From an uncultured Clostridia bacterium (lineage in GTDB: Bacteria; Bacillota; Clostridia; Christensenellales; UBA1242): DNA of 64,000 nucleotides. Under the pieces are notes generated by a model. That model made no database searches and was not told where the DNA came from. It saw nothing but the letters and a program-made list of their open reading frames with translations. Made by a program: the position numbers and the translations under genes. Where the stretch lies: the NCBI GenBank assembly GCA_937896905.1, contig CALBOE010000006.1, positions 382,232 to 446,231 on the forward strand, given 5' to 3'. This document shows positions 53,531 through 63,350 of the stretch, in pieces (position 1 is the first letter of the stretch; the number at the start of each line of letters is the position of its first letter).

Positions 53531-55882
53531 TTAATTCCATTTCCAGTTTAAAATTTCTGGCATATCAAGCCCATATTCTTTAATGTAAGCTGAATGATGT
53601 TTAAGTTTTTGCTTCATTGCGTTGGTTATTTGCTTTGCCTTTTCTTTTGGTAAATTTAATGCTTCCACCGCTTTAATAACCTGATTAAAACGGTCGGTTT
53701 TATTTAAAACGCACATATCAAACGAGGTTGTTATTGTTCCTTCTTCCTCATAACCCGAAACAATAAAGTTTTTGTTTTGGCGGTTGTGAGTTAACGAATA
53801 AATTAAATTTGGGTAGCCATGGAAGTTGAATAAAACCGGCTTGTTGGTTGTGAATAATTTGTTAAATTCTGTATCGGTTAGCCCGTGCGAATGCTCTTTA
53901 TTGGTTTTTAAGGTTAACAAGTCCACAACATTAACAAACTTAACATTAAGTTCTGGCAAATATTCCTTTAAAAGGGTAACTGTTGCAAGGGCTTCCCTTG
54001 TTCCCGAATGTCCACAACCTGCAACAACAAGGTCTGGGTTAGAGGTTTTGTTCATTCCGGCCCATGCCCATTCGCCGGCTCCTTTTTCGAAATGTTCTTT
54101 TGCATCGGCGGCATTTAACCATTGAAAGGTTGGGTGTTTGCTGGCAACAATAACATTAACTTTATTTTTGCTTTTTGTGCATTCGTTGTAGCAAGCAAGC
54201 AAGCTGTTTGCGTCTGCCGGCAGATAAATATTTGCAATGTTACCTTTGTTGTTGGCAAGGTGGTCAATAAAACCCGGGTCTTGGTGAGTGTAGCCATTGT
54301 GATCCTGTTGCCAAACATTGCTTGTTAAAATTAAGTTTAATGAAGAAATGTCTGCACGCCATTCAATTTTTTGGCAAGCATTAAGCCATTTTCCGTGTTG
54401 TGAAATCATGCTTTCAACAACTCGAATGAATGCTTCGTAACTGTTAAACATTCCGTGTCTGCCGGTTAGCAAGTACCCTTCAAGTATACCTTCGCAAAGG
54501 TGTTCGGAAAGGAAAGCGTCCATAATTCTTCCGTTGTTGGCAACACCGTCGTCTGTTGGCATAATGTTAGCGTTAAACATTTTTTTGCCATTGTTAAGCA
54601 CCTCGTAAAGGCGATTAGATGCTGCTTCGTCTGGGCTAAAAATGCGGTAATTATCTGGGTTTTTTTCGTACAATTCTTTAATGTATCCGCCCAAAACTCG
54701 CATATCTTGCGCTTTAACCGTTCCTGCGCCTTTAACTTTAACAGCAAACTTTTCCCATTTTGGAACTTTAATTTCTTTCAAAAGTAATCCACCATTTGCA
54801 TTTGGATTTGCCGAAATTCTGCTGTTTCCTTTTGGCAAAATTGCTTTAATTTCTTCTTTAAGGCGGTAGTTTTCGTCAAACAACTCGTCTGCCTTGTAAC
54901 TTTTAAGCCAAGTTTCTAAAACCTTTAAATGTTCTGGCTTATCCATTTTAACTGGAACTTGATGTGCGCGGTAACTTCCTTCCACGGTTTGGCTGTCCAC
55001 CATTTTAGGGCAGGTCCAACCTTTTGGAGTGCGTAACACAATCATAGGCCATTTAAAGTTAAAAATTTTGTTTTCAGTTCTTACCTTAGTTTGATATGCG
55101 GTTATTTTTTCAATGCAATAATCCATTGCTTTTGCCATTAGTGGGTGAGTTTTAACTGTGCTTGTGCCTTCAACAAAAATAGGGTCGTAACCATAGCCGT
55201 TTAAAAGGTGTGTTAAATCTTGCTTGCTTATGCGGGAAAGCACGGTAGGGTTATTAATTTTAAAACCATTCAAATGTAAAATTGGAAGAACTGCACCGTC
55301 TGTTAACGGATTAATAAATTTATTTCCATGCCAAGAAGTTGCAAGCGGGCCAGTTTCGGCCTCGCCATCTCCAACAATGGCGGTGGCAATAAGGGTAGGA
55401 TTATCTAACACTGCACCAAAAGCGTGGGCAAGAGTGTAGCCCAATTCCCCGCCTTCGTGGATAGAGCCAGGAGTTTCTGGCACGCAGTGAGAGCCAATTC
55501 CGCCAGGGAAAGAAAATTGTTTGCAAAACCTTGTAAGTCCCGCCTTATTTTCAGCAATTTCTGGATATACTTCACTGTATGTTCCTTCCAAATAGCAGTT
55601 AGAAGTTAAAAAGTTTCCGCCATGGCCAGGCCCAGAAAGCAAAATTGCATTTAAATTATATTTCACCACTGCACGGTTGAGATGTGTGTAAATAAAGTTT
55701 TGGCCAGGAACTGTGCCCCAATGCCCAACAAGTTTCTTTTTTATGTCTGCCTCGCTCAAATCGTGGTCACGCAAAAGCGGATTATCTAATAAATAAAGTT
55801 GTGCTAGCGAAATGTAGTTGCTTGCACGCAAATATTTATCTAAAGTTTGAAAATATTTTTTTGTTGAAAAATTATCTTTCAT
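53531..55882 (-). CDS. xfp: Xylulose-5-P / fructose-6-P phosphoketolase
   Basis: 'GHWGTVPGQNFIY', 'EGGELGY', 'GDGEAETGP'. Start moved to the ATG at 55882 (AAGGGGA RBS). Confidence 0.95.
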   Translation of the reverse strand: MKDNFSTKKYFQTLDKYLRASNYISLAQLYLLDNPLLRDHDLSEADIKKKLVGHWGTVPGQNFIYTHLNRAVVKYNLNAILLSGPGHGGNFLTSNCYLEGTYSEVYPEIAENKAGLTRFCKQFSFPGGIGSHCVPETPGSIHEGGELGYTLAHAFGAVLDNPTLIATAIVGDGEAETGPLATSWHGNKFINPLTDGAVLPILHLNGFKINNPTVLSRISKQDLTHLLNGYGYDPIFVEGTSTVKTHPLMAKAMDYCIEKITAYQTKVRTENKIFNFKWPMIVLRTPKGWTCPKMVDSQTVEGSYRAHQVPVKMDKPEHLKVLETWLKSYKADELFDENYRLKEEIKAILPKGNSRISANPNANGGLLLKEIKVPKWEKFAVKVKGAGTVKAQDMRVLGGYIKELYEKNPDNYRIFSPDEAASNRLYEVLNNGKKMFNANIMPTDDGVANNGRIMDAFLSEHLCEGILEGYLLTGRHGMFNSYEAFIRVVESMISQHGKWLNACQKIEWRADISSLNLILTSNVWQQDHNGYTHQDPGFIDHLANNKGNIANIYLPADANSLLACYNECTKSKNKVNVIVASKHPTFQWLNAADAKEHFEKGAGEWAWAGMNKTSNPDLVVAGCGHSGTREALATVTLLKEYLPELNVKFVNVVDLLTLKTNKEHSHGLTDTEFNKLFTTNKPVLFNFHGYPNLIYSLTHNRQNKNFIVSGYEEEGTITTSFDMCVLNKTDRFNQVIKAVEALNLPKEKAKQITNAMKQKLKHHSAYIKEYGLDMPEILNWKWN

Positions 55883-55986
55883 TAAATTCCCCTTGTTTTT
55901 ATAATAATAAGAAATCATTTTCAAAAAATCAAACGAATTTTTAAATAATAAGGTAATTTACATTAAATTTAAACATATTTTAGTAT

Positions 55987-56892
55987 ATGCAAAAAATTAA
56001 AGTTGGCATTGTTGGGTTGGGAAATTTAGGTTTAGCGGTTAAAAATATAGTGCAAAATCACCCAAACTTTGAACTTGTTGCAACCTTTTCTAGGCGAAAA
56101 TTAGCAAGCTGCGAAAACTATGAAAATATTGAAAAATATATTGGGAAAATAGACCTTTTGTTTTTGTGTGTTGGCTCTCAAAACGATTTAGAAGCAGTTT
56201 CTGAAAAACTAATAAAAAACTTTAACATAGTGGAAAGTTACGACAATCATTCTAAGCTTAAAGCACACATTTCAAAAATGGATTTATTGGCAAAACAACA
56301 CAATAAAATTGCTATATGTTCCATGGGGTGGGATCCCGGATTGTTTAGTTTAATGCGGGGGCTTTTTGATGCATTAGGGTACAATTCGCACACGTTTTGG
56401 GGCAAGGGACTAAGCCAAGGGCACACGCAAGCCATTAAAAATCTTCCTAACGTTACAGATGCTTTGCAGTTTACAATTCCCAACAAATCCACAAAAAGAA
56501 AGGTTGTTCGTGGAAAGAATGTGGACAGCAACCTAAAACACAAAAGGCTTTGTTATGTGGTTTGTGGCAAAGAACATAAGCAGAAAATAAAACAGCAAAT
56601 AGTTAGCATTCCAAATTATTTTTTAGGGCAAAAAACCATTGTTAAATTTGTAACACAAAACAAACTTAACCACTTAAAAAACTTTGCACATTGTGGCGAG
56701 ATTTTAACGGCACATAAAACATTGCAATTTAGTTTAAAATTAAAAAGCAACCCTATTTTTACGGCCACAGTTTTGGTGGCGTTTGCTAAAAATTACATTA
56801 ACCTAAAAACTCAACAGTTATATGGAGCGCACACAATTTTCGATTTGCCATTAAGCAACATTTTGCCCAAAAGCAAGTTTGAATACTTGTAA
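55987..56892 (+). CDS. ddh: meso-Diaminopimelate D-dehydrogenase
   Basis: Close colinear match to remembered Corynebacterium Ddh: 'VGIVGLGNLG', 'SMGWDPGLFS', 'FWGKGLSQGHTQA', 'HKRLCYVV'. Confidence 0.88.
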   Translation: MQKIKVGIVGLGNLGLAVKNIVQNHPNFELVATFSRRKLASCENYENIEKYIGKIDLLFLCVGSQNDLEAVSEKLIKNFNIVESYDNHSKLKAHISKMDLLAKQHNKIAICSMGWDPGLFSLMRGLFDALGYNSHTFWGKGLSQGHTQAIKNLPNVTDALQFTIPNKSTKRKVVRGKNVDSNLKHKRLCYVVCGKEHKQKIKQQIVSIPNYFLGQKTIVKFVTQNKLNHLKNFAHCGEILTAHKTLQFSLKLKSNPIFTATVLVAFAKNYINLKTQQLYGAHTIFDLPLSNILPKSKFEYL

Positions 56893-56918
56893 AAAAGAAC
56901 GCATTATGCGTTCTTTTT
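56891..56918. terminator. Bidirectional terminator overlapping the last codons of the Rel gene
   Basis: AGAACGCA (56896-903) pairs with TGCGTTCT (56907-914), with A/T flanks. Confidence 0.75.
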
Positions 56919-58730
56919 GGTTCGTTTTGGTTTTTCTTTAACAGGTTTCCAACTTGCTTCAATTAATCTTGAATGGTGGAAATAAGAAACATTTGGGCAA
57001 ATGGAACGGTGAATAATAATTCCTCGCCCTGCCGAAACAAAACCTATAATATCGTCCCCTTTCATTGGGTGGCAACAGCCGGCAAATTTAATTAAAATGT
57101 TGTTTAAATCTTTAATTGCAACTTGATTTTCTGTTGGCGGAGTTAAACTAACTTCATTTTTTTGTGCAGGCAAAATTTCTTGTTCAACAATCTGCTTTTG
57201 ATAGTTTAAAGCAAGGCGGTTTGCAATATTTTTTGCACTAACTGCGTTTGTGCCAATAATGTTATAAAATTCATCAACTTCGTTAAGGTTATAATATTTC
57301 AACAATTCTTCAACGTTCGAGTTGCTCATAAGTTTGCTAATGGAAAATCCTTTTTCTTTAAGAGCATTTTCCAGCATGGTTTTCCCCAGTTTAATGTTTT
57401 CTTCTTTCATATTTTTCTTAAAGAAAGCATTAATCTTTGCTTTTGCACTGCTTGTTTTGCAAATTTTAAGCCAATCTCTGGAAGGGCCTTTTGAATTTGG
57501 ATTAGTTATAATTTCAACAACGTCGCCGTTAGCAAGAGCGCTATCGGTTGCTTGCATTTTGCCGTTAACTTTAGCACCCACACATTTATTTCCAATTTCG
57601 CCATGAATTGCATAGGCAAAGTCAATTGGAGTGCTTCCGTTTGGCAAGTAGATAACCTTTCCCTTGGGGGTTTGAACAAATATTTCGTTGTTATAAATGT
57701 CCTGATTTAAAGATTTTGCCAAATCTTCAATGCTAACCTTTTCGTTTTCCATCATTTGGCGGAGCCAGGCAAGTTGAATGTCTAAAGTGTCCTGCTTGGC
57801 ACGTTTTTCTTTATATATCCAGTGTGCCGCAACGCCGTATTCAGCATAGTCGTGCATTTCTTTGGTTCTAATTTGAATTTCAACAGGGAAGTCCTCAAAT
57901 AAAACAGTGGTGTGCAAAGATTGATATCCATTGGGTTTTGGTGTTGCAATGTAATCCTTAAACCTTTTTTGGAAAGGTTCAACTTCCATATGTAGTTTAC
58001 CCAAAAGTGCATAGCACTGCGAAACGTTATTAACAATTGCTCTAACGGCAACAAGGTCGTAAATATCGTCGAAAGTGTGGTCGGCAAGCTTCTTATAAAT
58101 GCTATAAATGTGCTTTTTCCTTCCGTAAACCTTGCCTTTAATGCCTAACTCCGTCATACTTTTTTGCACAAGAGTTATAAGTTTTTCCAAAACCGGTTGG
58201 CGAGAGTGAAATCTGGTGTCAACTTCTTGTTCTATGCTGGCATATTTTTCTGGTTGCAAAATTTTAAAAGCGCCATTTTCAAGTTCGGTTTTAATGTTGC
58301 TTAACCCCAACCTTGCCGAAAGTGGTGCATACAAAGTAAAAATGGAATTTGCAAGTGCAACCTTATTTTTTGCGTTCAAATTTTCCGAAAATCTAAGTTC
58401 CACAACAACAAGAGCAATGCGTAGCATAATAATGCGAATATCCTTAGTTATTGCAAAAAACATTTTTCTTAAATTTTCCGCCTCTTCATTTTGTTGCGAA
58501 AAGTTTATTTTGTTTAATTTGTTTAAAGTGTTAATCGTGCAGATTGAAGTAGAGAACTTGTTTTGCACGTCTTCTAAGCTAATTTTTCCGCACACGTGCA
58601 AAAAATATATACCGCCATGCATTTTAAATTCTTCCCCAAGTTGCATATCATCAAGCAAGGCAATAAAGTTTTCAAATTTAAGTTTTTCTTTTTCGTTTAA
58701 TGTTGATAGCAGTTCGTTAATATTGTTCAT
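56904..58730 (-). CDS. relA: Long RelA/SpoT homolog, (p)ppGpp synthetase with degenerate hydrolase domain
   Basis: Synthetase 'GRKKHIYSIYKKL', 'YIATPKPNGYQSLHTTV', 'EIQIRTKEMHDYAEYGVAAHWIYKE'. TGS and ACT regions present. Start moved to the ATG at 58730 (GAGAGG RBS). Confidence 0.88.
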   Translation of the reverse strand: MNNINELLSTLNEKEKLKFENFIALLDDMQLGEEFKMHGGIYFLHVCGKISLEDVQNKFSTSICTINTLNKLNKINFSQQNEEAENLRKMFFAITKDIRIIMLRIALVVVELRFSENLNAKNKVALANSIFTLYAPLSARLGLSNIKTELENGAFKILQPEKYASIEQEVDTRFHSRQPVLEKLITLVQKSMTELGIKGKVYGRKKHIYSIYKKLADHTFDDIYDLVAVRAIVNNVSQCYALLGKLHMEVEPFQKRFKDYIATPKPNGYQSLHTTVLFEDFPVEIQIRTKEMHDYAEYGVAAHWIYKEKRAKQDTLDIQLAWLRQMMENEKVSIEDLAKSLNQDIYNNEIFVQTPKGKVIYLPNGSTPIDFAYAIHGEIGNKCVGAKVNGKMQATDSALANGDVVEIITNPNSKGPSRDWLKICKTSSAKAKINAFFKKNMKEENIKLGKTMLENALKEKGFSISKLMSNSNVEELLKYYNLNEVDEFYNIIGTNAVSAKNIANRLALNYQKQIVEQEILPAQKNEVSLTPPTENQVAIKDLNNILIKFAGCCHPMKGDDIIGFVSAGRGIIIHRSICPNVSYFHHSRLIEASWKPVKEKPKRTKKNA

Positions 58731-58921
58731 TTTAACCTCTCGGCACATAATTATATAAATATATTATCATAAATAAATCAACAATTCAATTTTAAAAAAC
58801 AAAATTTAAAAAAAATTATCGTAATTTTTAGGTTTTATTTTTTATTATGAATATTATGTCGAAAATAAATGGTTAAGATAATAATTGTTCTATTTATTTT
58901 ATGCAGAAAATAAATTAAACT

Positions 58922-61564
58922 ATGCACAGTAAATCGGTAGAACAAGTATTAAAAGAATTTAATTCTTCCAAGGCGGGGATATCGCCCAAGGAGGCTGAAG
59001 GCAGAATAAAAAAATATGGATTAAATGAACTAGACAAAACAAAAAAGCAGTCGTTCATCAAGTGTTTTTTTAAGCAGTTTTTAAACATTATGGTTGGGAT
59101 ATTGCTAGTTTCGGCGGTGGTGTCTTTAACTGTTGCAATAATCAATAAAGAATATGCAGACCTTTTTGAGGGGTTTGTTATTTTGTTTATAGTGATTATG
59201 AATGCTTTTATTGGAGTTTTTCAGGAACGAAAAGCTCAAGCGTGTTTAGACGATTTGCAAAAATATAGCAAAACAACAGTTAAAGTTATACGTAGTGGTG
59301 TGGAACTTAGGGTGGACAGTGCCCAAATTGCAGTTGGAGATATTGTTGAAATGCTGGCGGGGAATATTGTGCCGGCAGATATACGACTGATTTCTGCCAA
59401 TAACTTTAGTTGTGATGAAAGCTCGCTAACGGGTGAAAGTGTGCCGGCAGAAAAAAATGCAAACTTAATATTAACAAACAAAACACCGCTGGCCGAAAGA
59501 AAAAATATGGCATATTCTGGCAGTATGGTAACCAGCGGTAAGGCAACTGGAGTTGTGGTTGCAACTGGCAAAAGAACCGAGTTGGGCAAAATTGCAAATA
59601 TGTTATTCAACTCAAAAAAAGAGGTAACGCCACTTCAAAAATCCATAAATAAAATTGGCAAAATTATAACTTACACAGTGCTGGCAGTTTGTGCTGTAAT
59701 TTTGGTTGTTGAATTAATTTCTGGCAATGGTGTTATGCATGCAATAATGACGTCGGTTGCGTTGGCAGTTGCTGCAATTCCAGAAAGTTTACCTGCCGTT
59801 ATAACAATAATTTTAGCATTGGGTGTTCAGCAACTTGCAAAAAGGAAATGCATTATTAAACACTTAAATGCGGTGGAAACATTGGGCAGTTGCCAAGTTA
59901 TTTGCACCGACAAAACCGGCACTTTAACCTTAAATAAAATGCAGGTAACGCAAACATGTGTTGATTGCTTAGTTGACAAAACAACAGGATCAACTTTTAA
60001 CAAAATGATAAGGTGTATGCAAACTTGCAACAACACTCATAAGGAAAATAATAAACTAATTGGTGAGCCAACCGAAATTACTCTTTATGAATATGCGGAA
60101 AAGTTTACCTTAACTGCCAAACAAAAGGTTATTCATGAAATACCTTTTAACTCAACTCGCAAAATGATGACGGTTATTGTGAATGATGACGGACTGATTA
60201 GTTTTAGCAAGGGTGCGCCCGAAATTTTAATAAAAAAATGTAAATTTATTGAAATTGACGGCAAAATTCAACATTTTTCGGCTGAATTTAAAGAAAAAAT
60301 AAAAAAAATAAATGAAGAAATGGCAAACAATGCATTAAGGGTTGTTGCTTTTGCCTATAAAAAATTTGATATTTTTAATCCAAATGATGAAATTGAAAAC
60401 GATATGGTTTTTGTGGGCTTGTGTGGCATGATAGATAATCCACGCCCAGAAGTTAAACATAGCATAGAGAAGTGTTTTAAGGCAGGATTAACGCCCGTTA
60501 TGATAACAGGCGACCATAAAAAAACAGCGTTTGCAATTGCTAGCAAGTTGGGAATAGCACAAAATGAAAGCCAAGTTATAACTGGTGAAGAGTTAGATAA
60601 ACTGTCAAGCAAACAATTAAAAGAAGTTTGTAATGAATTCACAGTGTATGCCAGAGTAACACCTGAACACAAAGTTAAAATTGTTAAGGCATTTAAGGCG
60701 AAGGGTAAAATTGTTGCAATGACGGGAGACGGAGTTAACGATGCCCCAAGTTTGAAAATTGCCGACATTGGGGTTGGAATGGGTAAATCTGGCACAGACG
60801 TTGTTAAAAATGTGGCAGATATGATTATAACAGACGACAATTTTTCTTCCATAGTAGTTGCGGTGGAAGAGGGGAGAAAAGTTTATAACAACATTCAAAA
60901 AGCGTTGCAGTTTTTAATATCCACCAATTGTGTTGAAGTGTTTGGAATGTTGGTTGTGCTTTTGTTCTTTCCTAATGTACCATTTTTAATGCCTGCGCAA
61001 ATGTTGTTCATAAATTTAGTAACCGACAGTTTGCCTGCCTTTGCGTTGGGGCTAGAAAAGGTTGAAAAAGAAGTTATGCAACACCCACCAAGGAACAGTA
61101 GAAGCGGATTGTTTGCTGGTAAGGTTGGAATTGCAATTATTTATCAATCAATTTTGCAAACGGCAATTGCGGTTGGAGTGTTTGTTGTGGGTATATTCTG
61201 CTACAATTCAGAAGTTGCTAGCACTATGGCGTTTTTTACAATTATTTTCATGCAAACACTGCACAGCGTTAATTGCAAAACAAATGAAAGTTTGTTTGAA
61301 AAAAAGTTGTTCGAAAACAAAACTTTTAACCTTTGCTTTTGTTTAACAATGGGCGTTAATTTGTTTGTTGCTTGCACGCCGTTTATGTATAAGCTTTTCG
61401 GTTTAAAATTTTTAAACTTTTCTCAATGGCTAACGGTTATTATTGCGTCGGTTATAATATTGCCTTTATGTGAATTATGCAAAGCATTTATTAATGGTGA
61501 AATACAAAAGAATAACAAATTAATAAAAAAACAAAAATTAAAATTAAATAATAAAAATAAATAA
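58922..61564 (+). CDS. P-type ATPase, type IIA (Ca2+-transporting-like)
   Basis: 'SLTGES', 'ICTDKTGTLT', 'IPESLPAV', 'TGDGVNDAPSLK'. About 10 TM segments. Confidence 0.93.
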   Translation: MHSKSVEQVLKEFNSSKAGISPKEAEGRIKKYGLNELDKTKKQSFIKCFFKQFLNIMVGILLVSAVVSLTVAIINKEYADLFEGFVILFIVIMNAFIGVFQERKAQACLDDLQKYSKTTVKVIRSGVELRVDSAQIAVGDIVEMLAGNIVPADIRLISANNFSCDESSLTGESVPAEKNANLILTNKTPLAERKNMAYSGSMVTSGKATGVVVATGKRTELGKIANMLFNSKKEVTPLQKSINKIGKIITYTVLAVCAVILVVELISGNGVMHAIMTSVALAVAAIPESLPAVITIILALGVQQLAKRKCIIKHLNAVETLGSCQVICTDKTGTLTLNKMQVTQTCVDCLVDKTTGSTFNKMIRCMQTCNNTHKENNKLIGEPTEITLYEYAEKFTLTAKQKVIHEIPFNSTRKMMTVIVNDDGLISFSKGAPEILIKKCKFIEIDGKIQHFSAEFKEKIKKINEEMANNALRVVAFAYKKFDIFNPNDEIENDMVFVGLCGMIDNPRPEVKHSIEKCFKAGLTPVMITGDHKKTAFAIASKLGIAQNESQVITGEELDKLSSKQLKEVCNEFTVYARVTPEHKVKIVKAFKAKGKIVAMTGDGVNDAPSLKIADIGVGMGKSGTDVVKNVADMIITDDNFSSIVVAVEEGRKVYNNIQKALQFLISTNCVEVFGMLVVLLFFPNVPFLMPAQMLFINLVTDSLPAFALGLEKVEKEVMQHPPRNSRSGLFAGKVGIAIIYQSILQTAIAVGVFVVGIFCYNSEVASTMAFFTIIFMQTLHSVNCKTNESLFEKKLFENKTFNLCFCLTMGVNLFVACTPFMYKLFGLKFLNFSQWLTVIIASVIILPLCELCKAFINGEIQKNNKLIKKQKLKLNNKNK

Positions 61565-61742
61565 AAATATACAAAAAAAATTAAAAATTTTAATAAAAAC
61601 ACACATTTTTAATGGTTTTTATTTAATTTTATAATATTTTTAATAAATTTGCATCTATTATTTATTTTTTTTAAATATTGAAAAGTAATAAATTTGGTAT
61701 ATTTTTTAACATTTTGCCAACAATATCATTAAGGAGGGGCTT

Positions 61743-62195
61743 ATGAGTGTTGAAAGAAAAAAACTTCTATCGGTAATTGTTTATTACACATTGGCAGCGT
61801 TGGCAATTTTAAGTGCAGCCTTTTTTGTGTTTGCATTATCTGTTAGAGATGTTGCTTTGTGGGCAAAAATTGTTTACTACATTTGGTCTGGCTTCGTGGT
61901 TGGCGTTGTTATTTTTGACATTATTTGCACATCGTCTAACGAAGGGAAACACGTTTCTGGCATAATCATTTATGTGCTAAGCGTTTTGGCGGTTATTATG
62001 GCTTGCATTTTATATTTCCTTAACTCAGGAGTTGCCGGTTTAGCAACAGAATTATTCAACATTTTCTTATCAGTTTCTTTGTTGTCGCTTATGACCACGG
62101 GCTACACAATTGCAACCTGGTGTGTTGGCGAATCGCTAGTTGAACACAGAACTGCGCAAAGAGAAATTGAAAGAAACAGAATGCAATCTAAATAA
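61743..62195 (+). CDS. Hypothetical 4-TM membrane protein
   Basis: AAGGAGG RBS, four hydrophobic helices. Confidence 0.55.
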   Translation: MSVERKKLLSVIVYYTLAALAILSAAFFVFALSVRDVALWAKIVYYIWSGFVVGVVIFDIICTSSNEGKHVSGIIIYVLSVLAVIMACILYFLNSGVAGLATELFNIFLSVSLLSLMTTGYTIATWCVGESLVEHRTAQREIERNRMQSK

Positions 62196-62261
62196 GGCAC
62201 AAAAAACTTTGTAAAAATGTTATTAAGTAAAAAAAGGAAGCGTTTAACACCGCCTCTTTTT

Positions 62262-63203
62262 TTATAAAATCATTCCACCGTCAACGGCAATTATTTGGCC
62301 GGTGATGTAACTAGCATTTTCACTGCACAAAAATTCCACAAGGTTTGCAACGTCGGAAGGTGTGCCAACTCGGTTTAATGGAATGGTGTTTACAATTTCT
62401 TCCACTTCTTCTTTTGAAAAGCAAGAATTCATTTTGCCCCAAATAAACCCTGGGCAAATGCAATTGACTGTAATTCCACTTGGGGCAAGCTCTTTTGCAA
62501 GTGCCAAAGTTAAAGAATTTATTGCGCCTTTGCTTGCAGAGTACACGCTTTCCACACTTGCGCCAACTAATCCCCAAACTGAAGAAATGTTAATTATTTT
62601 GCCAAACTTGTTAGATATCATATGCCTGCTAACGCACTTGGTTGTAAAAATTGTAGATTTAACATTGCTATTAAACACGCGGTTAAAATCTTGTTCGGTT
62701 GTATCCTGAATTTGTTGCAACAGCGAAACGCCTGCACAATTAACTAAAACGTCTATGGTTTTATATTTTTTAATAAAATATTCAACCATTTTCTCCACTG
62801 TATTGGCTTGTGTTAAATTACACGCATAAATTTCACTTTCGCAGTTATTTGGAAGTTGTTTTTGAATGTTAAGAACGGCAGATTTATTGGAGTTGTAAGT
62901 CAAAAGCACAATGGTTTGCGGGGTGGATAGTTTTTTTGCTATTGCACTTCCAATATCTCCGCTTGCACCGGTTATTAACACAACTTTTTTCTTTTTAATT
63001 TCGGGTTTACTATTTAATAACGTTTCAACATCGCAACCTAAAAACTGGGCAATGTTAAGCATTGTTTCAAAAGAAATTTTTTTACTTTTTCTGTGGTAGG
63101 CACTCATAAACGTGTTGTAGGAAAGCCTTATTTGATGGCACATTTCTCTTTTGGAAATGTGTTTATTTTGCAAAATATAATCCAAATTTTCATAAAATTT
63201 CAT
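62262..63203 (-). CDS. Fusion: XRE-type HTH + short-chain dehydrogenase/reductase (FabG-like)
   Basis: HTH 'ISKREMCHQIRLSYNTFMSAYHRKSKKISFETMLNIAQFLG'. SDR 'ITGASGDIGSAIA', 'NCAG', 'YSASK', 'PGFI'. Confidence 0.8.
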   Translation of the reverse strand: MKFYENLDYILQNKHISKREMCHQIRLSYNTFMSAYHRKSKKISFETMLNIAQFLGCDVETLLNSKPEIKKKKVVLITGASGDIGSAIAKKLSTPQTIVLLTYNSNKSAVLNIQKQLPNNCESEIYACNLTQANTVEKMVEYFIKKYKTIDVLVNCAGVSLLQQIQDTTEQDFNRVFNSNVKSTIFTTKCVSRHMISNKFGKIINISSVWGLVGASVESVYSASKGAINSLTLALAKELAPSGITVNCICPGFIWGKMNSCFSKEEVEEIVNTIPLNRVGTPSDVANLVEFLCSENASYITGQIIAVDGGMIL

Positions 63204-63312
63204 AATTTAACCGCCTCTTTTTTGCTCAATTGCACAATAATTATAACAAAAAAAGATAAAATTGCAATAGGTTAAGCACAATATTTACATTAAAATTTAT
63301 TTAGGTTAATAA

Positions 63313-63341
63313 TTGACATTGCTAATTTAAAACATTATAAT
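63313..63341 (+). promoter_or_regulatory. Consensus sigma-70 promoter
   Basis: TTGACA (63313-18), 17-nt spacer, TATAAT (63336-41). The ATG at 63351 is only 9 nt downstream and has no RBS. Confidence 0.65.
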
Positions 63342-63350
63342 ATTTTTAAT

